64,000 nucleotides of DNA from Camelus ferus. Lineage: Eukaryota. A model generated the notes under the pieces. The model was not told the origin of the DNA. It did no database searches and saw only the letters and a list, made by a program, of their open reading frames with translations. The position numbers and the translations under genes are program-made. Location of the stretch: NCBI RefSeq assembly GCF_009834535.1, contig NC_045697.1:91762001-91826000 (forward strand). Direction: 5' to 3'. Shown here piece after piece: positions 54,470-64,000 of this stretch (position 1 is the stretch's first letter; every line of letters begins with the position of its first letter).

Positions 54470-57400
54470 CAATTAGAAATCACAGTGTATGGAGATCCTA
54501 AAATAATCTTTGCTGGGCCTTCACAACTGTGCATACTTGGGTTACTTCTATTTTTGCAGTTATTCTAGCAGCTTCTCCATGTAATTTGTATTTTCAGTTC
54601 TTTTGAATGAATTTCTAAATTTCTACTGGAAAGAAATATTGAAGGGGTGGAAAGAGCACTGAGGCTAGTTTATGAAATACCTTGAAGAGGTGCGGGGAGA
54701 GTCTTATACTTTAGCTTTAAGACTATAAGTTATTCAAGTGCAAGAACTGGACTTCATACTGTACTAATGTTCCCAAGAACGTAATTCAATAAATACTCAT
54801 GTTGACTGAAAATGTCAAAGGAAGGGGCGCTTCTGCTTTAGGTATCAAGTCTAGGAATGACAACAATTTGCTCCAGTTTTTAATTAAACTTTGAATTATT
54901 GTATTGCTTGTTTTCACTGTTCAAACAGCCAGTAGATGTCATGCTTTTGAGGGAATCACTGTATTGCATCAGACAAACATTGGAATGTGTGTAAGTCCAT
55001 TCTCCTCACCCACTGTGTCCTACCAAGCTAGTGAGAATGGGTGATAGCACAATGGTGTAATATGTCATTGAGTTCAAATTAGAAAAATTCAAACTTACAA
55101 TATTAAAATATATGTGAAGCTGAATCAGACTGTGCTTATAGCTTGCTAATAGATCACATTTTTCACTTGCTTCTCTGATTTTAAGAACTAGCAACTGAAA
55201 ACTTGAGACATAAAAGAATAGGCTTGGAATGAATTTTAAGGAATAACCTAGTGCATTTTTCTGTGGTTGGCAGATTTTGTCCAAACTCTTCTTTGCAGGG
55301 GAGAATCTCTCCTATTTGAAAATACCTGCCAGGAAGGAAATTCTAGCATTCCCTATAATATTATGATCCATGTAAATAACTTGTTTCCTTCAAAAATAAA
55401 CAGTTTTCTCAATTATTTTGTTTCTGGCAATGCCCATTTCAGAAATAATAAATCCAGCATAAGTGTCACTTTTTTTTTTTAAGGTTTTAGTAGAATATAT
55501 TAGTTGGAGAGAAATGCATATTGAACAGTGAAGAAAAAAGTTTTTTCTTCCAGATCAAGGTTATTTCTAACAAGAAAATAGAAAGTCCATTACTAATGCC
55601 TTTGCATTAAAGCTCACTTCCTCTTGAGTGATCCTGAAGGATGTTCTTGCACATCAATGTTGTACCAAAGGCTTTTATTATCTCTGTGGCTTTGTTTATT
55701 CAAATGTTTTCCCCACATGTAATTTCTTCATTTATAAACTAAATAGATGTAAATACATGTCTTTTAAGAAGTCTGTAAATCTTTCTTTAATGAAGGTGCC
55801 CTTCAGTGCAACGGGCCTATTTGGGTATTGTTCAAAGATGGGTTTACTTTCACTAATTTTTTAAAAAAATTTTACTTTTAATCAGAGATGGCAAAATCAG
55901 ATCAAATAGAAGCAAAATTTCTCCTTTTTGATATTATTCAAGACTCTTCATCCTCAGGGTGCTCCAGGTAGCTGATCTCAACACAGCAGGATTTAGGCCA
56001 GTAAGGAGAAAGGGTTAACATCACCTGATATTGTTGGGGGTGGGGCGGGGACTGACTGGGTTAAGCAGAGGAGAGAATTGTTATTGGGTTAGTTGGTTGT
56101 ATAATTTAAATCATTAAACACATAAGCATGGCAATGTGCTGTGACTAAAAAACAAATAACACCCCTGTCAAAAAAATGTAGCTTTTTTTTTTCTCGCTAT
56201 GAAATTAACTATCAATTCATATGCAATCCCAGATTAAAAAAAATGGTGGTGAACCAGATGCACTGGTGCATGAGAATGGAAGTAATTGTTTGTGGTTTTC
56301 ATGAGAAGATTGCCAGTTTGCAGCATTTAAATTACCCACAAACTGCTTTTTACATCTCTAATTGTAGCTCTGTTGTTTTCAGGGAGGGTTGAATTGACAT
56401 TGACAAACACAGACTTAGAAAGTGTACAAAGACATGAAAACAGCACGAAATTTGCCCCAAAAATGATTCAGTGAATATGCTGCAACATTCTATTTATTCT
56501 TTGATATGCCAAAATTTCCTTTTTTTCTCTAAGGAGCAATGCTGACTTTAGTAAGTTAATGAGAAGTAGTAACTGCAGAGATGTTGAATAAATCCAGCAC
56601 ATAACTTCCGTGAATTATTATATGCCTTCTCTTTTATTTTTTTAAGAATTGTTTAAATTTAATTAAATCCATTGCCTGTTCCTTTAACCCTTCATATTCT
56701 TCATTTACTTTCAGTATTTAATTCACCTGCAGCAGCTTTTCCCCCATTCAAATCTTGCTGTGATAACATTTTAGCTCTGTGGAAGAGTCAAAACAGGATC
56801 CTATTGATGTATTCCGCTCATCATCTTTTGCTTTAATCCCTGATTTTTCTGTAAAATAAGGCCACTAACCTCTTGGGCCTAAAGAATGAAAAGCTGGCTT
56901 ATCATAGAAACAAAACAATGAAGAAAGAGGTAATTTAGATTTTTAATTTGTAAAGCCAATTGAGTATGTGGTGTTAATTCTAGTGTACAAACAACTGCAG
57001 CAACAACAAAAATACTCGCAATTCAGTACTGGTTTCTTTTGAAAGAGACATTTGGTTCTTAAAGGGTCTTTTGGAGTTAAAAATAAGAAGATAAACAAAA
57101 GCTTAGCAAGAGGGAATTCAAGGTACATATGCTGGGGAGAAGGACCATGTTAAGCAGAAAACAAATGGAAAAAAAATTTAAACTGTCTAGCTTTGGGCAA
57201 TGCTACGAGAAAAGTGGCCCACAGTTTGCTTGGCATAGCATTTTGAAAGCTCCTGTAGTGAGAATAATTCGCAGAAGCCATGTGTGTGTGCTTCCAGAAG
57301 AGCTGGGCCCCATGCACACTTGCAGAGGACTGTGCTGCAGAAAGAGTTGTCCTTTACCTTTAAAACTTGAAGGAAAGCGGGGAACTCTTTATCCCATAAT

Positions 57401-57544
57401 GCTCACAAGCGCCGAAGGAAGTAGAATGTGGGACGCTGACACAGCAAGCTGACTTGATGCTTCTCTAATGATATGCCCCTTGTTGGTTTTCTTTGATTTG
57501 TATCTTGATCCAGACTGTGGCTTAATTTGAGTAGGACCAAAGAG

Positions 57545-57765
57545 TTGAAATTGTAGAAATGGAAGTAGAAATTTAGCTCAATAAAAGAGACATTTTTTTT
57601 TTTTTAAGTTGAACAGTTTAAAACTAGAATGGGCTGCCTTGGAAAGTGTGAGCTCTCCATGGGTGCAGGTGCAGGAACAGGCGGGATGGCCAGCTGTCGA
57701 GGAGATTTACAGGAGATTGAGTGGGAGGACAGACCAGATGACCTATAAAGTTCCTTTCCCTTCCA
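57545..57765 (+). mobile_element. CR1/L3 3' end fragment
   Basis: 'gaatgggctgccttggaaagtgtgagctctcc...ccagatgacctataaagttccttt' matches the L3 3' terminus. Confidence 0.75.
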
Positions 57766-58859
57766 ATACGTACTTTATTTTGGTTTATTTTAAAATTCAT
57801 TCTCAGCTTTTGCTTTCTTGCCTTTGGGTCCGCTGCTCTTCCTGGTTCTCTAGGAGCTGTGGAGAGCTGCTATGTTGTATGGCGGTAGAGGTGGTGGTGC
57901 AGCGTCAGCAACTTAGACTTTTCTTTAAAGTTACATTTCCTTCGTCATCATCATCCCCTCTTTTTCATGTGTGATGCCAGCAGAGTGACCACCAAAGCTT
58001 TGGTATTTAAAGAAATATCATTTAAAGAAGTTTAAAGAAATTCACACCAATGTCCCTTGAAACCTAACTTTTCTTTTACTTTTTGGAAACATTTATTACC
58101 TGACAGTCCCACATATGATTTAGACTAAATCAGCAGGAACTGTAAATAACAGCACTGAAATTTAATTTGGAAATTATTCCACTAAGCAAATATTACGACC
58201 TCTGTGGTTACCTGACAGCTCACTCTCTCAACAGAGGATTTTTTTCAAGACAGTTTGTTTTTCAAACATGATGGTAATTCTACTAATCCCAGACTGAAAG
58301 GCAGGTGACTTCAATTTATTTTCCAGTAGATTTTCTGGTAGCCTCTGTCTTTTTGTTATTATTTGGCTTCTATTTTTATGTGGAAGATTTGGGCTTAGTC
58401 ACCTAAACTCTCATCCTGGTTTCTTTGTGGCCACTGACACAGATGACAAGAGAATATTTTTAAACATTAAGTTCTATGCTTTCCTCTTTTCTTCTCAGGA
58501 CCTTTCCCCTAGTCAAGCATGGATAGCTACTTTGCCTCTGGGGAGAAGTAGGATTTTTTTCATGGGAATGGAAATAATGAGAAGCAATCAGTCTGTTTTT
58601 TTCTTTTCTTTTTTTAACTTCCCAAACAAGCTTTTGAGAAGCAAAAGAGAAATCACTGAAGGTAGCAGGTTAAAGTGTTTATATCATAACAGTGGATTTG
58701 GAGAAATAAGAAGAACCAGTCTAATCCTACCCTTTCCACTACTGTGTGACCTTGAAGGATAACTATACACCTGGAGGGGAGAGAGAGGTGATTGGGTATG
58801 ACCTGAGGGGAGTCTCTAATGAGGGATGAGAGATTTGGGGAGACTCTTTGGAGATGAGC

Positions 58860-59080
58860 AGGCCAGTTTAGAAAGCTTTTAAGAACCAACCTTGGAAGTC
58901 AAGCAATATCACTTCCACTGAATTCTCCTGGTTAAGGCAATTATAAATGTTCACTCAGGTTCAAGAAGAGGGAACATAGATTCCACCTCTTGATGGAGCT
59001 ATATGTGTCAATTGTGGAGGCATATGGAATACGATACATATTGTTACAGCTTTCCATGAAAAATACCATTTCCTACAGTG
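58860..59080 (-). mobile_element. MLT1 LTR fragment
   Basis: 'tcacttccactgaattctcctggtt...ttcaagaagagggaacatagattccacctcttgatgg'. Confidence 0.7.
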
Positions 59081-59594
59081 GCTTAGTGTATCCAGAGTAC
59101 TCTAGATCAATAGAGGACATGGTAGACTCCAACAGTATACTATTCCCAAAGGAAGACAACCAAGAACTAAAAACTGTTCAATGTTTCATAATGAACTTCT
59201 TGGCTTTTTTGGATAAAGTGACATTCTCCTGCAATAAAGGGAAACTTTCATCAAAATTGACTTTCTATTTCATAGACATGTAATTAATTTGTCTTGTAAT
59301 GTAATAGAGATATTACACATTGTCATGATTTATATCTCCCAATTTTATCTCAAGATGCTTTGTTATATTTTTCTACTTTTTCTATTTTTCTTATTTAAAT
59401 TAATGCTTTTTGATATCTAGGATGGGAGGATATCTTCAAACTTTCAAGTAAAATTCTTAGGCCATAGAGTGAGATTCATGTTTTATATATTTAATTTTAA
59501 TGCATATATGATGAATACATAAATTATTAAACTATAGTATGTTGTAATTACCTCAGTGGAAGGAAATCATTCCTATCTTTTCTCTCTTTCTTTC

Positions 59595-60000
59595 TGTGTC
59601 AATTAGGCTGTTTTAGGCTGTGACCTCTCTTAATGGTTTAACCAATGTAGATGATCTATTATCTTACTAACAAGAATTCAACAAGCAAAACTTAGGCCAT
59701 AATAGGGCAGGGCTGCACTTCTCTGAGGATCTCTTAGCTCTGCATCCGAGGTGTGCTGGCTTTATGCTCAGCCCATCAGCAGAATGGCTGCAGCAGTTCT
59801 GGGCATCGCATCTACAGACAGCAGTGAAAGGCACAAAGGGATGATCTGTTCTGATGTCTCCTTTCCTTCTTAGGAATGAGAAACTTTTTCCAGGAGACCC
59901 CCTCTCCCTCATATCTCTTTGGCTAGAACTGGGTCACATGCCCACCTTAGACAACTACTAGCCCAAGTATGGGATCAGCTTGATGGGTTTCTCCACCAGA
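59595..60000 (-). mobile_element. MLT1 LTR fragment
   Basis: 'catatctctttggctagaactgggtcacatgcccacc'. Confidence 0.7.
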
Positions 60001-60169
60001 AAAGATTTAACTCTAAGAGAAGGGATTGGGTCAAGTTTCCTAAATCAAGAGATTTACCTGTGAGTAGCCCTCCCCATATCAGTTAATAAAGTTTTATTGG
60101 GTTACAGTCACACACTCACACTAACACTAACAAACCCTAGGAAATATCTAGGGTCAAAACTTAGATTAT

Positions 60170-60390
60170 AGATGATTCTTCTTTCTAATACCTGCATTCA
60201 AGTGATAAAATTTCCTCTAAATGCTGCTTTTGCTGCATCTCACGGATTTTGATAAGTTGTGTTTTCATTTTCATCTAGTTCAAAATATTTTTAAATGTCC
60301 CTTGAGATTTCTTCCTTGACCAATATATTATTTAAAAGTGTGTTGTTTAATTTTTATGTTTTTTTTTTAATTTTCCAGTTATCTCTCTGT
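60170..60390 (-). mobile_element. Old L1 ORF2 fragment
   Basis: 'aatttcctctaaatgctgcttttgctgcatctcacggattttgataagttgtgttttcattttcat'. Confidence 0.8.
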
Positions 60391-61447
60391 GTCTCTCCTT
60401 AGTACCTAAAGTATTTTTAAACTTATGGTTGATTAGAATTTTTTTCAGTATCATATTTCATATATAGACTTCAGGAAAAACATGTCTGGCCAAAAGAGAG
60501 CCAACGGTTGAAACAGGGGTAGCAGGTGAATACACCTATGTTACCTGTCTTTGGAGCCCTGAGACAGTTTTGGGGGAAATCTCAGGTTCTGCTGAGCTAG
60601 ACTGGAGTCTACCCACAATCTCATTGCACTCCCTACTTGGCTTCAGCCACGAGGAAGCTTACAGTCAAATTTTCAGTCCAGGTCTAAATTGTCTAACTTT
60701 ATCTAATGATTCTACCCCACTGTATAAGAAAAAGTTTTTCTATAAAATGCTTTAAATCCTTTTTTGGGGGGAAAGCATAGGGTATAATTTAATAATTACA
60801 AATATCTCTAGTTTTATGACCAAGGCTTTCACCAAGGATCAGTAGTAGGCTCATTATATAATTGTTTTATGCAGCATAATAAGCCCTCTGTCAGATTCAT
60901 CCTGTACTTTTCTAAAACCACAGGTAAATACACAGATTAGCACCTATATTTTAAAAGTGTTCATTAGACTCCCTGAAAGCACAGCTGAGAATTATAGGTG
61001 GAGACTTCACCTTATAAAATATGTCCTTACTTCTTGCATGGACTTTTCTTTTTCCCCTTGAGATTCAAAAGTTGTGTTCATTACAGTTTCTTCACTCTCA
61101 TGAAGCTAGCTGAAATCCTAGCCGGTAGCATGTTTCATCCTTTCCTCTGTTAGCTTTTATCACAACAGAGTGGCAGACCTTTCAAGGGGCTTTCTTGCAA
61201 CCTCTCTGGGATTTTGCTCCTGCTCTTGCAAAGACTCTCACCTTTTGTGAAAGCATTCGGAACCTGTACCATGCAAACCGCCAGACACAGTCTTTGACAC
61301 TCTTCTATGTGGCATTTCTATAATGCTTACTACATCTGTAAAAACCCAGGTCTCTTTGGAATCAATGGAAAATATGAAATATTTTTGAAGACATCTTTTA
61401 GAGAAAAGCAATATGCAGATATCTTAGCAAATCCAGCTGCCTCTGGT

Positions 61448-61606
61448 ATAGGCAGTGGGGGAGGTTCAGTTAAGGTGTCCCTGAGCAATAGTTGGAATGG
61501 GAAATAAAATATGTGGGGGGTGGGTGCTATCTCACTGGTATCCTTTCCTCCTGTCAGTCACCCTCCTTTACCTTAACAATCAGGCATTCCAGTGTGGCTC
61601 CAGGAA
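61448..61606 (+). repeat. Source segment A, directly repeated at 63215-63374
   Basis: Manual alignment gives about 12 differences in ~157 nt (~92%). Confidence 0.97.
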
Positions 61607-62028
61607 GTTTCTATGTGTTGGTAGCATTACTTCCCCTTCTGCTTTTAGTTCAGGTGGCTTAAACATTTCTGGGTGTGTAAATGAAATAACAGAAATGAGT
61701 TCTTCATTCCTAGATTTGATAGTCTCTCTAATTGAACGACTGTATTCAAAGAGTGACAGTTAATAGAGAGATTGAACCTGGGCAGATAGATAATATGAAG
61801 GATAATAGAATCCAGATCACTTTCATTTCAACACACTCCCAGAATAGCTACACTATCTGAATAAAAAATAGTGCTGGGATTAGCTGCTTTAATAAGGACA
61901 GTGATAAACCAAAAAATGTCTAAAGAATAGTGTTCAGGATGGGAGAATATTATAGAAAAACAGAATATGAGAAAAAGGTGAAGGAACTAAACATTTTACC
62001 CAGAGAATAGGAAAAGTGCATGTGTATA

Positions 62029-62286
62029 TGTGGTGTGTGTGTGTGGCAGGGTTTAGTGTGTATTGATAAGCAGGGGTGATGAAGAAAGGATTCTGAGCAC
62101 TATCATATGGAAGAAATAGAAAAGATACCATTAGATGCAAACTCTATTTGTGACTTTAGAGGCAACTACACACACACACACACAAGCACATTTTCTTTAG
62201 CAATTAGTTGATAGCAAATGGAAAGCTCTCACTTTTTCATGCCAGGAAAGGCACAATTTTCTGTCAATGAATTTATAGTCACTAAT
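62029..62286 (+). repeat. Source segment B, inverted copy at 63378-63659
   Basis: Reverse complement matches 63378-63659, including two perfect 40 nt blocks. Confidence 0.97.
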
Positions 62287-63084
62287 GATTTTTCAAGTTA
62301 TTGTCAGACCCTTTTTAGAGGTACTGTGGGAGGCATCCTGCATACAGGTTGGTTTAGAGACTAAAAGTCCCTCCAACCACAAGCTATCTTAATTCTCTAA
62401 TTTACAATTATTTTAGTTCAGATTGACATTTTTCCCCCTGATTTCACCTGGCCAGAGTTGTGCAGGTTCTAAAACAGACATAACTGTGATACTCTGCCTA
62501 GTGTGAGCTTAGATGTTGTTATAGAATGATGACTGTTCTTTGACTTCCTGGTAATCAGACAGGTTTCAGATAGCTGGAAGCTTCTTTCTTTCATCAGAGA
62601 AGAACTAAACTTTACTGCTTGTGGCACCTCTTTCAAGATGGCACGTTGTAGTAGTCTTCCTGTGCCTAATTCTTGAATTAGCCAACTTTTTCTTATCATG
62701 GGCTTCACAGTAGCTTACTTGGTTCTGCAGAAAATGAACTGTTTCCCTAATCATCTAAATTACTTCTACCAGAATGGTTCAGGGGATGGAGAGAACAAGA
62801 TCCGATACATTCTAAATGTGAATATTATTATCAATTGCTCTTAAAGGTTGAAAATTTCCTTCCCTCTCTTCTACTTTATCAAACCACACTTTGCTGCCAC
62901 ATTGCCTGCTTCTTAAGAAATATATGCTTAAGTGCACACTCCAGGCAAATGCACACTATTATTTAGGATATCTAGCCCCATATATCAGTCTAGATCCAAG
63001 TTAAAATTAAATTAATTAAATTAAACTATTTAAACTCAAATTAAAATAATTCAAGGATGGTTTAATAAATATTCTTTTTGTAAA

Positions 63085-63472
63085 GGTGTGGGAGAGGCAT
63101 AAGGAAAGTACAAGGGGCAGTGCAATATGCAGGGGCTAGTACAGTGGACCTCTGATGGCCCCTAGATCTGAAAGGAAGCAGGAAGAGGCAGTTGCTACCA
63201 TCTGGAAGGATGGAATAGGCAGTGGGGGAGTTTCAGTTAAGGTGTCTCCGAGCGATAGTTGGAATGGGAAATAAAATATGTGTGGGGGTGGGTGCTACCT
63301 CACTGGCATCCTTTCCTCCTGTCAATCACCCTCCTTTTCCTTAACAATCAGGCATTCCAAAGTGGGTCCAGGAAATTATTAGTGACTATAAATTCATTGA
63401 CAGAAAATTGTGCCTTTGCTGGTACGAAAAATTGAGCGCTTTCCATTTGCTATCAACTAATTGCTAAAGAAA

Positions 63473-63512
<40 letters not shown>

Positions 63513-63717
63513 TAGCCTCTAAAGTCACAAATAGAGTTTGCATCTAATGGTATCTTTTCCTATCTTTTCTATTTCTTCCATATGATAGTGCTCAAAATCC
63601 TTTCTTCATCACCCCTGCATATCAGTACACACTAAACCCCGCCACACAGACACACCACAGAGCCAGGTAGAGACAGCTGTCTTGAGAGGAGCTTTGACCT
63701 TAGGTTAAAGCTGAGAG
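63085..63717. mobile_element. Old ERVL-type LTR remnant (LTR33/LTR41-like), split by the templated insertion
   Basis: 'aaggtgtggg...ggggctagtacagtgg...cccctagatctgaa' (63085-63214) appears to continue as 'gtcttgagaggagctttgacctt' (63660-63717). Confidence 0.55.
63215..63659. repeat. Chimeric templated insertion: direct copy of A followed by inverted copy of B
   Basis: Matches both source segments; junction at 63371-63380; no polyA or TSD seen. Confidence 0.92.
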
Positions 63718-64000
63718 TGTAGCCAAGGAAAGCCTCGTGTGGCCAGCAGCACAGAAAGCCAGACTCTGACGGTGACTGTTTGCAGCAAAGTAAGGATTTA
63801 TTTGCAAGGTGCCAAGCAAAGGAGTGGGAGACAATATTCAGGTCCACTCCATCTTGGTCTTTGAGTTAGTGATGTTTTAAAGGGGAAGAACAAAGAAACT
63901 GGGATTAATTACTGTCTTGTGACATTTCTGTGATATTGCTTAATCATGGCTTCAGGAGTCAGGATGTCTCTAGTTTATGATTCTCTGGCTAGTTGGTCCA
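63718..64000 (-). mobile_element. ERV LTR, running off the window end
   Basis: TG start and minus-strand AATAAA ('ggatttattt'); layout like the 48088 and 53881 LTRs. Confidence 0.7.

Noticed and set aside
1..64000. A novel multi-gene or prokaryote-type system, NUMT, processed pseudogene or non-retroviral viral insert
   Set aside because: I could not find any support for these by eye; a BLASTX/HMM search would be needed to exclude highly decayed cases.

Overview
AT-rich mammalian nuclear DNA, intronic or intergenic. It is most likely camelid: a tRNA-derived SINE at 19337-19455 resembles Vic-1, and the younger L1 3' ends look lineage-specific. I recognise no protein-coding gene, RNA gene, CpG island or prokaryote-type system. 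The ORF track consists of chance ORFs, microsatellite read-throughs and decayed L1/CR1 ORF2 fragments. The window is a mosaic of L1, L2, CR1/L3, MIR, MaLR/ERVL LTRs, three younger solo ERV LTRs and hAT DNA transposons, separated by repeat-poor stretches that look like conserved non-coding DNA. The most unusual structure is a ~445 bp chimeric templated insertion (63215-63659). It is built from two nearby unique segments, one copied directly and one inverted, and it splits an old LTR and creates a ~260 bp inverted repeat. Other points of interest are a 25 bp retro-insertion with a perfect 17 bp TSD, a palindromic double ATF4/C-EBP site next to paired inverted E-boxes, a recurrent L1 microsatellite birth site, and several candidate exons. 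Repeat family names come from memory of consensus sequences, and many boundaries are approximate.
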